A stretch of 64,000 nt of DNA from Moniliella sp. 'wahieum' (taxonomy: Eukaryota), in contig RSEE01000039.1 in the NCBI GenBank assembly GCA_003971905.1, positions 434,001 to 498,000 of the forward strand. The letters run 5' to 3'. The position numbers were made by a program, and so were the translations under genes. Below, in pieces: positions 24,561 through 37,879 of the stretch (position 1 is the stretch's first letter; every line of letters begins with the position of its first letter). The notes below the pieces were generated by a model, which did not search any database, had not been told where the DNA came from, and saw nothing but the letters and a program-made list of their open reading frames with translations.

Positions 24561-25858
24561 TAGATCCGGGTGGTTTATCCTTCGAGAATCGTATCCACAA
24601 TGCCCTGGTGGCACGTTGCCGTCCCTTGCCCTCTGTCGGCCCGGTTGATCCGAGGCTTGTACCATCTCTATGGCCATCGGCGACCCTTGCCGGCGACGGT
24701 TTCCTTTTGGTCTTCTTTAGGCAGTACTAGCATATGTAGCGGTAGTACTACACCTTCGCTCTGCTCATTTGCTCCTTCGTTGCCTTGTTTCCCCCTGTCC
24801 TAAGTATTGCATTATGAGAGGGTACCCGTTTGAGCGCCCATCTCCCGACGCTGGGCAGAAAGCAGACAAGCCGCCCTACGGCAACAACACCCGTTGCCCC
24901 TAACATACTATAGTGCCAAAATGGCAGGAGAAATAACGGGTCGAGACAAAGACATGCTAGCGTTTGCGACGGAGAGAAAAAGGAGTGAGGGTACTGGACG
25001 GCAGCTCGGATCTCGGCGAGGATCGGATCGCTCCATGTGATCCTCCCATTGGACTGGGTGGGCTACTTAGCACGCAGTAGAACCGCCATTTGTCGCGAGA
25101 TTGTGACAACACTGGTATAGTCTGGGAGAACACGACAGTTAATCCTATCCCTAGTCGCCGCTCTCCGTGGTGAAATGACCTAGCACAAGGAAAAAGACAT
25201 GAGCGGTAATCTGCCTCGTATTAGCCTAGATCTCCGTCTTCCATCTCGCTACTAGAGGGGAGGGGCCCTTCCGAAAAGGGTCGATCTAGTCTCCAAATCA
25301 GACCCGGTTACGTTTCCAGTCCTATTGTGCGCTTTGTGGCACTCTTTCATGTCAATGATCATCAAGTACCCTAGTGACAAGAGTAGTTGGTCGCTAGCCG
25401 GTCCAGCCCGCACCTATCCTGGTGATCTCATCATCCCTCATGTGGAGGGAAAGCCGAGAACGTGAGGGAACCAAAAAGCGGTGATTCGTTTTTTTACCAA
25501 GGGCCAGGACATAGTAGCTCGCGCGCGCTATGCTTTTGTATGGTGGGCGGATGGGACAACATTGTACGGGATGCAGGGCACAGGGCGCCGAATCGAACGA
25601 TGGAGAGATGAGAAGCAAAAGTGTGGAGCGATTACCGAGAGCAAGCGGCGGAAAAAGAGGGAGGGCACGTCCGTTTTGCTTGTCAGGATCTTGTTGCCAA
25701 AGGGAGAACCTACCGACGACAGATGGTGCCTGGTTCTATACCGATCCATCTTGTTACACACAGCCTTCAACCTTCACCCCACCCCACCCGTTCTGCAAAA
25801 ACCATAGACGCAAGGTATAGATGAGCAAAGCATATGTGATGCAGATGATCGGCCCCTT

Positions 25859-28210
25859 TTACAATGCCAACGGCTCGCCACTGATCAGCTGGGGCGGCCG
25901 CTGCTGCGCCCGGCCCAGATTGATCCAATCGCGTGCGGTCAAGCCAAGGGTTTGGAGGTACTCGGTCTTGGGCATGGGGGCGCCCGAGCGTTTCATCTCG
26001 AGCAACAGGTCGCGCCAACCGGGGGTGGAGCGATGAAAGAGATAGAGGATCAGGGACAGGTAGGTGGAAAACGTGAGGTACAGACCACTCTGCCGTGCGC
26101 CGCGGTGAAGCTGGAGCGCACGCGACGTGTCCTGCAACCGGAGCGCAAGGTGGATCAGACGTTCGTACGTCGTGCTGGTCCACTGCTTTGGTCCGCTCGT
26201 CGGTCCCCGGACGGGGAACTCGGTCTCGAGCGAAGGTGGCTCGGCAAATGTGTTGGCCAGCAGCGCTTCGGCCGCAGGTCGGTCACCGAGCTCGACAAGC
26301 GCCAAGAGTGCGGCATTGTACGTATGGATCGTAGGCGTGACTCGGACAGGGGGACTGTCGGCGGGGGGCCTGCGCATCACACCGTACAGACGCTGGGCAT
26401 GGCGGAGCACTTGGAGTACCCGCGCCGGCTCGGAGGAAGAGGTGATGGCTTTGAGAATCGCATTGAGCACGATAATGTCCAAGCCGCCTTGGGGTGGCGG
26501 CACCTTGCCCACTGTATACATGGCTCGGATCGCATCGTCAATCCGTTGCTCCCCGCCTTGATCCGCTCGTCTTTGGCGGGGTTGATCCGCTGCCCGGTAA
26601 ACAAGGCCGAGTCCAGTTCGTTACCGTACTTGGAGTTGAGTGCGTCCGAGATCATGTCCTCCACCTTCTCGTCCAGTCCCACACCAGCCCGACGCGCCAT
26701 GGCAAGCGTACGGAAGGCATCTTCCCATCGATGGGCGTGAATGTAGGCCTCAAAGAGAGGCATTACGTGCCAGTCCTGAAACTGATTCTGCTTGAGCTGC
26801 AACACCTTGGCAAACGCTCGTTCCGCCATGGTGCACGACCGTTCCGTCCTGCGGCCTCGAGCACCAAGGTGGCCAGGCCCTCGTGGATTTCGACTTGGCG
26901 GTTGCTCAGCACTTTCCACCCCAGCACAATTCCCGGCATCTAGAGGCGAGTGATGGTCAGTGCTCCACCCTAGGCTGCGGGCAGGAGGGAGACGTACAAA
27001 GTGAAGATCAGCACAGGTGCGTAACAGAGCGAGCCAAGAGGGGGATGGGAGAGACTTCGCCCATACTAGCGATGCAGATCCGGCAAAAGTCATAGGCCAA
27101 TCCGGGCTCGCGGAAGAAAAGGAGCGTGTTGAGGAAAGTTTCTCTGCACTCGGGCAAGAGCCAGTCTGGATCGAGGCAGGATAGTTGCCCTGCTGACGAG
27201 CGCGAATGGTGACCAAGCCCAGCAGGGCAAGCGCAAACTCGGCATTGTGGGTGGACGAAGCCAATTTGGCCAACGCTTGGATCGTCTCGGGGGTCCAATT
27301 GGCCACGTAGCTGGGGTGGAACAGGCCCCCAAAGGGCGGGAGGTCCGCATCTTTTCCTTCGAAGCGCAGCTGCGGCACCACGGGCGGCGAAGGCGGGGCC
27401 ATCCTAGCTTGCAGTTCTTCGTCCGGCGGCAGTTGCGCAATCATATCCATCACTTCGACCGCAAACAGGGGGTTCTTACTCTTGGCGGCAGCCTCAAGAG
27501 CCTTGTTGAGCTCCACCACGGTCGGCGGCATCTCAGCCCGCTGCATGTCGGCCAGGATGATGCGGGCGTTGCCCGACGAGCCTTGCTCGGACGCCAGGTC
27601 CAAAAGAGCGCCAAACACGTCGCGGGACCACGGCACCCCTAGCTCGGCAACCGGCACTTCCTCAGCGGCACACCCAGCTCGTTGGACCGGTCCACGCTGC
27701 GCACCCAAATGACCTCCTGCAACAGCTCGTAGAGAACAACGCATCGGTCGGGCGGCCCACGCGGGCCTCCTGCGCCAGGGCGTCGAGCAAGACAGCAACG
27801 TCGTCTTCACCAGCCTGTCGTGGGTCCCACGAGCTGGTCCATGGGTACTTTGTACGCACTTCCTCCGACGGCTCGCCGGGCGTTGGGGGGGTGTGGTCGG
27901 GCAGGGCGCGGGCGCGGCGGACGCGGACGCTGGGCGCGCCCTGGGCGACGGGAGGGAGACGTTGGGGCAGGTGGATCTTTCGGGAGCTGAAGATGCGCAG
28001 ATGCGAGTTGTCGGGCTCGCGGTGTGGGTCGAGCTTGCGGCGGCGGCGGGGGCGGGGTGGGCGGAGCGGGCGGCGCAAAGGCAGATCCTTCGGGGAGAGA
28101 GATGGGCGCGGCGGGCGGGCAGCGCAGCCGGGGACGCTGGTCGAGAGCGGGCGCAGGCACGGCGGGGCAGCCAGCACGCGCCTGCGCACAGCAAGGCGGA
28201 GGGGCAGCAT
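25859..28210 (-). CDS. Pentatricopeptide repeat (PPR) protein, probably mitochondrial
   Basis: Arg-rich presequence MLPLRLAVRRRVLAAPPCLRPLSTS. PPR-like units DVFGALLDLASEQG...ADMQRAEMPPTVVELNKALEA, PTIHTYNAALLALVELGD and TTYERLIHLALRLQDTSRALQL. Confidence 0.85.
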
Positions 28211-28521
28211 GGCCCGCTGGGCTGGGGGGGGGAGGCAAGGAGGAGGCAGGGGGAGGCAAGGGGAAGCAAGCAGAAGCAAGGGGGAGCAAGCAGAAGCAAG
28301 GGGAGACAAGACAGGCAAAAAAAAGGCCAAGGTGCTCGTTTCGGAAGCTCTCCAAGTAAACTACAGCCCCTCAAATTCGGGGCGGAAACAAAGCCACCGA
28401 GCGTCCAACCCCCGTGGAGTGAGTGATTCCGCTGCCTGCATTTTATTTCGAGTGGCGCTTCCTCTCTCCCCACTCGTGCAGCTCGCTGGCCCCCCTGCTC
28501 TTCTGCTGCACCGCTCGCGCC

Positions 28522-29621
28522 ATGGCCTCGCGCTTCCTGCTCCGCCCAACCAGAGCCCTTCGCCTGTCGGATCCCGGTAGATTGGTTCCGGCCTGCCCTC
28601 GCTCCCTTCCAGCACCCCGCCTGCTCTCGTCCACATCTCAGCCGCCTGCAGAGCCCCCCAGCCCAGCCTCCCCGGTACCCGCCCTTGCGCAGCAACCCGC
28701 CACCCCCACTGCGACCGAGCCTGGACCTGCCCTCGCCAATCCTATCCGCCTGCCTCTTCCGCCTTCCCCCCACCCCCTCCAGTCAAGCCATGTCTAAGCA
28801 AGCGGCAAAAACCGCTTGTCTGGATCGACTGCGAGTATGTCTCTCCTGAGCAGACTTGCCCACACGCGCGGGAAACTAACGTGCGGCACTTAGGATGACG
28901 GGCCTTGACCCAGATAAGGACCAAATCCTGGAGATTGCAGTGATTGTTACGGATGGCTTCTTGGTTCCGACCGATCCCGGGCTGACCTATACCATCCTCA
29001 CCGAGCCTGCGGTACTGTCCCAGATGGACGAGTGGTGTACCAAGACCCATAACGAGACGGGCTTGGCGGCAGCGTGCCAGGACCCACAACAGTCGCTTAC
29101 GTTGGAACAGGCACGAGAAGGGGTGTTGAAGTACATTACAGACCGCGTGAATGAGCCCAAGATCGCCTCTTTGGCTGGCAGTTCGGTCCATTTCGACTTG
29201 GCGTTCCTGCGCCGATCGTTTCCTGCGGTACGTGCTTCCTGGTGGTTTCTGCGGGTGGATGGGCGGCTAACAGACCCGATGACACTGCGGCAGGTGGTGG
29301 AGTATCTTCCTTACCGCATCGTGGATGTCTCCTCCATTTTCGAGGTCACCCGTCGCTGGTTCCCCAAGCAGCAGTGGCGTTCAGTCAGAAGGACAAGGCA
29401 GAGTACGGCCCTACAGGCACTGGGCACCGCGCTATCACGGACATTCGCTACTCGATCCGCCGTACGTTTTGGTTCTGTTTTGTGTTGGTTGTGTGTGGGT
29501 TGGGGGCCAGTACTGACTGTATACAGTGCTAGAGTGGTACCGCAAAGCCATCCTGACTGGCTCGCCGGCCACTCCCACTCCGACGGGCACTGCGGCCGCC
29601 GACACTGCGCCACAGAGGTAG
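28522..29621 (+). CDS. REX2: Oligoribonuclease (Orn/REXO2-type DEDDh exonuclease); 3 introns; upstream ATG encodes a presequence, second ATG at 28790
   Basis: PLVWIDCE|MTGLDPDKDQILEIAVIVTDG, MDEWCTKTHNETGL, LAGSSVHFDLAFL, YRIVDVSSI and HRAITDIRYSI. Confidence 0.93.
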
Positions 29622-29899
29622 GATTAGCGATTAGCGATTAGCGATGATCATTATCGGATAACCTGATCTACTCTTCCGACGCAACCCAAATAGAAGCCGA
29701 GGGCCAGAGTCCCCGCAAAGTCAAATTTCAAAGACAGCGGCGACCGCCTCACAGCAATGTTCAAAACGAGGCCGGCGTGGTGTGTGGCGCATGTACGTAA
29801 GCCCCATTCCGCTGGCTTCGGCGCGCATACGCTGGGCTTCGGCGGCGGCCGCAACGCGTAGCTTTCTCGCTTCTTCCCACCCGCACCCCCACCTCCGCC

Positions 29900-31631
29900 A
29901 TGGCCCAGCTCTTCGCCAAGGACCCCCGCACCGCTGGCCTCTTCATCGGCGGCTCTCGCCTTTCTGGCGCTGAGATCCGGGACCAGAATGTTCTCGCCGC
30001 GCAGACGATCGCCAACATCGTCAAGACCAGCCTTGGCCCGTAGGCCTGGACAAGTACGTTTCCTTCCGCTTGGTGGCGCGCTGCCACCGATACTGACCCG
30101 TGTGGACAGGATGCTGGTGGACGATATTGGTGATGTCACCATTTCGAACGATGGCGCGACGATCCTGCAGCTGCTCGAAGTCAACCAGCCTGCCGGTCGC
30201 ATCCTGGTGGAGCTGGCCCAGCAACAGGACAAGGAGGTCGGGGACGGCACGACGTCGGTGGTGATTGTGGCTGCTGAGTTGCTGCGTCGGGCCAACGAGC
30301 TGGTCAAGGCCAAGGTTCACCCAACGACGATTATCACTGGATATCGCCTGGCCTGCAAAGAAGCCATCAAGTTCCTCCAGGACCAGCTTAGCACCAAGGT
30401 GGATGCACTGGGGAAGGAGTCGTTGATCAATGTGGCCAAGACAAGCATGTCATCCAAGATCATTGGCTCGGACGATGACTTTTTCGCCAAGCTGGCGGTT
30501 GACGCCATGCTGGCCGTCAAGACGATCAACCCGCGGGGAGATCAAGTACCCGGTCAAGGCTGTGAATGTGCTCAAGGCCCACGGAAAATCGGCGCGCGAG
30601 TCGCTCTTTGTTTCGGGCTACGCGCTGAACTGCACGGTGGCCTCGCAAGCGATGAAGAAACGCATCAAGGGGGCCAAGATTGCTTGCTTGGACATGAACC
30701 TCACCAAGCAGCGCATGCACATGGGCGTCCACATCACCATTGATGACCCGGACCAGTTGGAGAAGATCCGGGCGAGGGAGAGCGAGATTGCGCTAGAGCG
30801 TGTGCGCAAGATCCTGGCAGCGGGAGCGAATGTCGTGTTGACGACCAAGGGCATTGACGACTTGGTTCTCAAGGAGTTTGTCGAGGCCGGCGCGATGGGT
30901 GTTCGTCGGTGCCGGAAGGAAGACTTGCGTCGGATCGCCAAGGCAACGGGAGGGCAGCTGATCAGCTCCTTGGCCAACTTGGATGGGGAGGAGACGTACG
31001 AGGCCTCGTACCTGGTACTGCTGATGAGGTGGTACAAGAACGCATTTCGGATGACGAGCTTATCCTCGTCAAGGGCACCAAGACCGTGTCCAGCTCCTCC
31101 ATCGTTCTTCGTGGCGCGAACGACTATGCATTGGACGAGATGGAGCGGTCGCTGCATGACAGTTTGTCAGTTATCAAGCGTACGCTGGAGAGTGGTTCGG
31201 TCGTTCCCGGTGGTGGTGCGGTTGAGACGGCACTGAACATTTACCTCGAGAATTTTGCCACCACGCTGGGTAGCCGGGAGCAGCTGGCCATTGCCGAATT
31301 TGCCAATGCGCTCTTGGTCATTCCCAAGCAACTTGCGGTGAACGCTGCCAAGGACAGCACCGAGCTGGTGGCCAAGTTGCGGGCCTACCACAATGCGGCT
31401 CAGGTGGCAAGTGCAGGGGACCCCAAGAAGAACCTAAGGTTCTACGGTCTGGACCTGCTCAACGGTACAATCCGCGACAACCTCAAGGCGGGCGTACTGG
31501 AGCCCACGGTGTCCAAGGTGCGCTCGCTCAAGTCGGCCCTCGAGGCGGCGACGGGGCTTTTGCGGATCGACGATGCGATTACCGTGCAACCCGACGAGCC
31601 GATGGAGGACCCGCATGCCGGGCTCGAGTAA
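29900..31631 (+). CDS. TCP1: T-complex protein 1 subunit alpha (CCT1); intron about 30053-30109, frameshifts
   Basis: [75 protein letters not shown] and LLRIDD. Confidence 0.97.
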
Positions 31632-32066
31632 CCTTGTTGTTCTTTTTGCCGTGTACTTTTCCCGTGCGTCGCTTGATTCCATCCCCGGTCCCGATGTGGA
31701 GACGAGAGTGCAGTATACTTAGAGCGCATAGCCAAGTAATGATCGCAACGCAGCCTCCTGCGACAGAAAGAGGCAGGGGGTTGATGCATGATGGCGAATT
31801 GTGGCCTACCATCCAATAGGATCCGAGTGTGGTTCCAACTGTGACACGGTCAGCCAGAACCAGAACACACAGGAGACCAGGAGACAGCAACATTGAAATG
31901 AGCAGGCTGTGCGCCACATCCCAAGGGAGGCCAAGCAGCGGGCACGGGGCCAGTGTCGTCTGCGCTCCGCAGCCACCGGCACTTCAGGGCGCTAGCGGCC
32001 CGGCGGCAGAGACCCGTGTGACCCCCGTTGATGGCCGCCCCCCCCCACCACCATCCGTGCCCAGCC

Positions 32067-33951
32067 ATGGCGCTCGACCCCAACCTCTACACTCTTGATC
32101 TCGTCCGCCGTGCCGAGGACCATACCGTGTGCGACTGGGTGTGTCTCTCCCCTTCCTGAACCGCTCACGTGGCGAGCCGGAGCGAGCCCAGCGCGCGCGC
32201 GCGCTGCGCTCGGCGCTAACCCCCCACCCCCCTCCTCTTCGCCTGTCCCGCAGGTGGAAGTCACGTCGCGCGTGCGTCCCAAGGCGCTGTACACGCGCGC
32301 ACGCGCAGCGCGCAGTGTCGAATACAGCACCGTTCTCTACCGCACTCTCTTTGGGCCGTCGGTGCCGCTGGCGAGCGTTGCGGGCCGTTCGGCAGGCTCC
32401 AAGAGCAAGACGGTGCAGCTGTACGACCCGATGGAGGAGGTGGAAATCAAAAAGCAAGGAATGACCCTCGCGTCCGAATGGAGATTTATCTACCCCCTCA
32501 CTGACGGCATGACTCTCAACTGGAAGCGGGAGAAGCTAATTGGCGGATCGGGCGCGGGACGTAACTCGTATACATGCTATGCTCTGCGCAGTCCAGATCC
32601 CAGCATTCCCCTGGCCTTGTACAAGTCGCTCACGGGCGGGACCGGAAAACGGTCGCTTATGATTTGCTCGTGGGCAACAAGAGTCTTCAGGGAGAGGGAC
32701 GGAGCGAGGGCCACTTGCAACTGAACGACTACAATATCCAACGCTTGGACCTCTACGTCCGAGGGCTTGAATACCTGCTGATCATGACCCTGTCTACCAT
32801 CCTCGATTCCGACTATGACGATACCTACAAAACGCCCGTTGACAATATTTACCTCTCCTTTACCCCGGCTGGAGTGGCGGCCCAACAACACGTACCCAAG
32901 AACAAGAGACAGGGTTCGGTGACCAAACCGGTACGTTGTCTCTCTTGTGCCCTGATCACTGGCTTACCTCCAACCGCAGTCCTCGCTGAACGAAGTGGCC
33001 ATCGAGGAGTGGGGCCTGGAGAGCGATTATGTCAAGCACTGTCTCTGGCTGTTGCGAGATGATGGTCCAGGTACAGCGGTGGGACCGGATGGACTGCAGA
33101 AGGGCCAAAACCTTACCTTTATTGTGCTTCGGGCCGAGGGAGAGCGTCATGTGCCCAAAGCGATTCAAATCGCCGCGGAGATCAAGCGTGGATTTTACAA
33201 GCTGCCGCAGCGCAAGAAGGGGACCCAGGAGGAAGAGTTGTTCCAGTACATTAAGGATACTGTCGAGCCAGCGGAGCCGGCACCTGCGCGGGTGGTGGAC
33301 GAGGATGCTCCAGGAGTCCGGCCGACGATCAAACTGAACGACCCCCCCGCCGAAGAGAGGGAAGAAGGCAGGAATCCGCTCAGCCGCCTGTACAAGGGCA
33401 AATCCAAAGAGCCCGAAAAGGAGTACCATTCGCCCGATGTGATCGTTATCTACCTTTCGAAGGAACGGATGCCGGAGCTGGATGCCACCGCTAGCTCTCT
33501 GCCTCGTCCTACCTGGGCCCCTGCATCGGCATCCAAGCCCCGTCCTACCTCGGGTGTGGTGCCTCCCCGTCCTACCTCAAGTGCGGTGCCTCCCCGTCCT
33601 ACCTCGAGTGTGGTGCCTCCCCGTCCTTCGGAGAAGGCGTCATCCAAGAGACCACTGACCCCTCCCTTACCCTGGAATACGCCTCCCCCCGGGGCCGCGT
33701 GGAATGGGGAGAAGGTCCCGCCTGGGTTCGTTTCCTCGGGCCATCCTGCGCCTGTGGGAATGGCAGAAATGGAGGGATTTGGTGTGCCAGAGGCACCACG
33801 GCCAACGAGTGCGGCCAATTCAGCTGCGTCAGACGGCAGGTCGGAAGGAACTTCGCATCCCTCAGGTCATGGGAAGGATCATAGTCGGATGGGCCGTCTC
33901 TTGGGTCGGGTCAAGCTCCGCGACCTCCCTCCACCCGGAAGTCGGAGTTGA
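32067..33951 (+). CDS. Conserved fungal hypothetical protein with Pro-rich C-terminus (introns)
   Basis: MALDPNLYTLDL start, globular segments VQLYDPMEEVEIK, WKREKL, LRSPDPSIPLA, LNDYNIQRLD..RGLEYLLIMTL and EELFQYIKD; canonical introns. Resembles an uncharacterised basidiomycete family (recalled). Confidence 0.7.
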
Positions 33952-34374
33952 GATGCTTGTTTGCTCCCTAATACTTTTTACACGAATGATTCTTTCTTTC
34001 GATCGAGATGGTATATAGGGCTTGTAACACGCGCTGGTAATGACTGAAGGCCCACGTGGAGGTGATGGCGTTGGGGTTCCACGTCCTTGATGACTCGGGG
34101 CTATGTGTGTGAGGGGCAAAAGATGCTAACAGACCACTTGTCTACCCTCAGCATCTCCTTTTTGTCAGCCTATATAGGGTGTAGTGAGTGTAGTCTATTA
34201 GGAGCCTTTGGCCATATGAATTGGATGCGGAGTTGAAAGGCGGAATGAGGTTTCTTCGGTCAATTCCACCCCTTCTTAGCCTGCCCCCAGCTCCAGACGC
34301 CCCGCATGACGTAGTAACTTGGCAAGGCGGCCCATCCATCTGGTCTTCCGACCCCACCGCCATCGCCTCTGTCC

Positions 34375-35181
34375 ATGCAGCGTACTTTGACTTTACTATC
34401 GCGCTCGGCCATCGCCGTGGCGCGTCCGCCAATGCTCATGTCCATCTCGCGTGCCGTCGTGCTTCCACGTGCGCTGCCGACGCCTGCTAGGTTGCAGCAG
34501 CGTTACGCCACCACTCTCTCCAATTCGGAGGAGGACAAGGGTCGTGATCCGGCGGAGGCCAGGATTGTGCGTTTGCTTCGCCTGGGGTTTGAAGCGATGG
34601 ACTCGAACGACATTTCTGCTGCCAAAGACGCCTACTCGTCCATTCTGGCCATTGACGAGAAGAATGCAGATGCGCTGTACAACCTTGGTATTTGCCACTA
34701 CTCGCAACGCAACATGCCTGCCGCCATCACGCTCTGGGAAGATGCGATCGATGTGGCGCCCTCTTCGGATGCGCATATGAACCTGTCCAATGCATATGCC
34801 CTTTCGACACCGGCGCGACCGGACAAGGCCATTTACCACATCAAGCAGGCTGCTCGCCTGTCTCCGGAAGACCCCGAGATCCAGTACAACATGGGTGCGC
34901 TGCTTGAGGCGTGTGAGCAACTTTCAGAGGCTGCGGTTGCCTACAAGCGCGCCCTCGATGGTGGCGTGGAACGCGCAAGCCAGAATCTGCGCAATTGCAA
35001 TGCCAAGATCTTGGCCGCGCAACTGGGCAACCAGGGCAAAACGTCAACGTCAACGCCGACGCCGACGCCAGCGGACCAAGAAGGACGAGGAGAGGGGGCC
35101 ATCACGCGCAAGGCCGAGTCGATTGCCGACCAGCTGCACAAGGCCAACGCCGAGTTCGAGGCTCAAAAGGGCAACAAGTGA
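34375..35181 (+). CDS. TPR-repeat protein with probable mitochondrial presequence
   Basis: Intact 268-aa ORF with NADALYNLGICHY, DAHMNLSNAY and PEDPEIQYNMGALLE TPR motifs; Arg/Ser-rich N-terminus. Confidence 0.88.
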   Translation: MQRTLTLLSRSAIAVARPPMLMSISRAVVLPRALPTPARLQQRYATTLSNSEEDKGRDPAEARIVRLLRLGFEAMDSNDISAAKDAYSSILAIDEKNADALYNLGICHYSQRNMPAAITLWEDAIDVAPSSDAHMNLSNAYALSTPARPDKAIYHIKQAARLSPEDPEIQYNMGALLEACEQLSEAAVAYKRALDGGVERASQNLRNCNAKILAAQLGNQGKTSTSTPTPTPADQEGRGEGAITRKAESIADQLHKANAEFEAQKGNK

Positions 35182-36305
35182 TCTGTCTCCGCCTGCTTGA
35201 GCGAGTGAGTGGCAGCTCCGAGACCCCAACTTGGAGCGCTCTCGTCTTGTGGCGCTACCCCATCCATTTGGCATCGCTGTCTATCACAGCCTGTGTCCTT
35301 TCCACACCGTCCTCTATTGACTCCCATCATCTGTATTCCTGACTACACCATCGTCCTTTCTCCAGTGCCAGTCCATGATTGGTAAACCTAAGGAAGTTAG
35401 TGACGCAGCCATTTTGTTGGTCAGCGTAGAGTGGCAAAAGGGGCAAGAGGGACTCGACCTTCCGTTCTGTTTAGAATTGGCTTGGCCCTTTGGTAGAATA
35501 TCAGAAAGGTTGGGACTGGGGTGCAATCTCGGGACGGTAGGGGGGACTATTGGACGACAGAGCAGCAGTAGTGTATAGTTCGTGTGCCATACCCCACCGC
35601 GTTGTGCGCGCCCACCTTTCTCTCCTTTCTCCTTGGCACAATCAGCGTCCTGTTTCCCACCACGACTCCGCGCCTTGCTTTCCTCTCAATTCAATTGCGT
35701 TGGTGGCTGACCTAGAGTCAGGCTCTCATCGACATCGCCGTGGTCGAGAATTACCTCTCCATCACTGGGATCCCAACTGGGTACAATATAAGACTGGTAA
35801 GAAGGCCCCAACGCTGACGGAAAGAGGTAGAAAGTTGAGGGCCCACGAGCATGTAACAGGTGAATGGGGGATGATTAATGACATGTCGAGAGCGGAGAGG
35901 CAGGCGTGAAGTTTTTTTGAGGGAGAGATAGCAGGCAGAAGACCGGAGCGAGAGACGAGCAGAGGAGCGAGGATGGATATAAGGCGTCGTAGCCCAGTGC
36001 CAGCGTAACAGAGTTTCTAATCGCCACGTTGCCCTGCAAAAGCTTCGGATAGTCGCTTGGAGCTTCCCTACTTGAAGTCAACCTGAGCAAAGATGTCCTC
36101 AGACTGTGCTCGTGGCTGTGATCTGAGTGGCGCTTAAATCATGAATTAATCATGCATCTCCATCCATCATCGAGATCAGCGATGCAGTACACGGCATGGG
36201 GCCAGTCTGGGCCATCGCCTGTGCACATCACTTCACTAGCCACTGCGGAACCCCGTCGACGGGTGGGTTAGTGCTTTTAGCGCTTGTGTGCAGTATAGTA
36301 TACCT

Positions 36306-36354
36306 TTCAAGCTTCAAGCTTCAAGCTTCAAGCTTCAAGCTTCAAGCTTCAAGC
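36306..36354. repeat. (TTCAAGC)n heptamer tandem repeat, about 7 copies, upstream of the GPI-protein gene
   Basis: Directly visible ttcaagcttcaagcttcaagc... Confidence 0.95.
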
Positions 36355-36444
36355 GCCAGGGTAGCCACAACGTATCGAGTCTGCTGAGTACGGCGTGAGT
36401 ACGCCACACGCCCCACCACCCCGACCACCACCACCACCACCACC

Positions 36445-37070
36445 ATGCGTGTCGGATTCCTCGTCGTCTTCGCCGCCCTTGCCGCCTCGGCCCTTGGCGC
36501 AAATCCTATTGGTGGGGGCTCGAACCAGGCATCGTCCAACAACGCTCCCAGTAGCCAATCGAACAATCCCCAACCCAGCGGCTCCGCTTCTCCATCGGCC
36601 TCGCCCACTCCCTCGAACGGGGCTGCGTCTGCGTCTGCGTCTGCCTCGGCAACCCCAGCCCCCTCTTCATCAGGTTCTGTCTCTGCTTCGGGTTCTGCTC
36701 CAGCTTCTGGTTCCCTCTCGGGCGCCAAATCAGGCTCCGTCTCTGGATCCGTCTCTGGATCCGTCTCGGGCTCCGTCTCTGCCTCCTCCAGTGGGTATCT
36801 CTTCTTGATTTGACTGGTTTGGGTGGCGCTAACCGACCATCTTCAGATTCCTCCTCCTCTTCATCGTCTTATACCCCAAGTACCCTGGCCACCGCCTCGG
36901 ACTACTCAACAGGGCAGTTTGCCGGGACACAAGGTGCCCCCGCTCCCGGTGCGTCCAATGCGGGCCCAGGAGATGGCTACCATATCGGCTCGGCACCAGG
37001 CACGGCAGCGTCCCCCTTTTTGGCGGTTGCTATGGTCGCATTGGCTGGGGGGTACCTTGGTGTTTATTAG
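36445..37070 (+). CDS. Small secreted Ser-rich, probably GPI-anchored cell-surface protein (intron about 36792-36847)
   Basis: Signal peptide MRVGFLVVFAALAASALG, Ser-rich body and hydrophobic C-terminus ASPFLAVAMVALAGGYLGVY*. Confidence 0.8.
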
Positions 37071-37879
37071 CCTACCGCGTTTGGGGGTTTCTCTCTCCTC
37101 GTGACATTTTTTCCCTTTGTACTCTTCTGTTTTGTTCATCTGCTGTGCCTTCCTCTGTGCGCGGTCTCAATGCGTTTTTCGAGGAGAGATGAATCCCACA
37201 CCTTACCCCAATCTCATACATTCTCTTCCATGCTCTTTCACCCTTGGGCCGCCCTCCATGAGAACTAGTGTGAACCTTGCCTCCCTTTTCCTTAGGAACG
37301 CCGTTGGTCAGTCGCACAGTCTCAATCAACTCTCCCCGCATCCCTCCCCATACGGCGGAAGCCATAAAAGGCCACAGGTGCCACAGTTTTGTTGATTTGC
37401 CATCCGCGTCTTCTCTTTTAGTGAATGTCTTTATCCATATCGTAGGGTTATGTACTCCCTGGTGGGTCTGTGTCAGTCCTGAGCCTCAGGACTGTCTCGG
37501 TACTGACGCGCTGACGGCTCGCAGTCACTAGTCAACGCCGCACACATAGCTCAGATCCCCCGACTCTCCGCGGTGTATCAGAGAGGGCTGATGCATGATG
37601 GGGGCTGTAATTGTGACCGCCCGGATGACACTGTCAGTACGGTGACTGCGCTCGTACTGCGCACAGATGTTTTAGGGCGGCAGGCCAGCGACTGGGGGGT
37701 TTTGATTGCTTTAAATTGGCTCTTAATTGGCTTCGTCTTTCTTGGCACATCGGTTTCCTACAGCCTACCAAAGGAACTCGGCGCCAATCCCACACTCTCC
37801 TTTGCCACCACCGTCTCACAGCACTTTGGGTTACTAAGCCCAACTGTTCTTCCAGCGACGTGGCGTCCGTCCCACCACT

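Noticed and set aside
24800..25500. Lower-GC gap between the chitinase and PPR genes, considered as an ncRNA or transposon
   Set aside because: No tRNA cloverleaf, convincing snoRNA box pair, terminal repeats or credible ORF seen by eye.
36306..36354. Tandem repeat considered as a CRISPR array or telomere seed
   Set aside because: No spacers, eukaryotic context, and not a TTAGGG-like motif.
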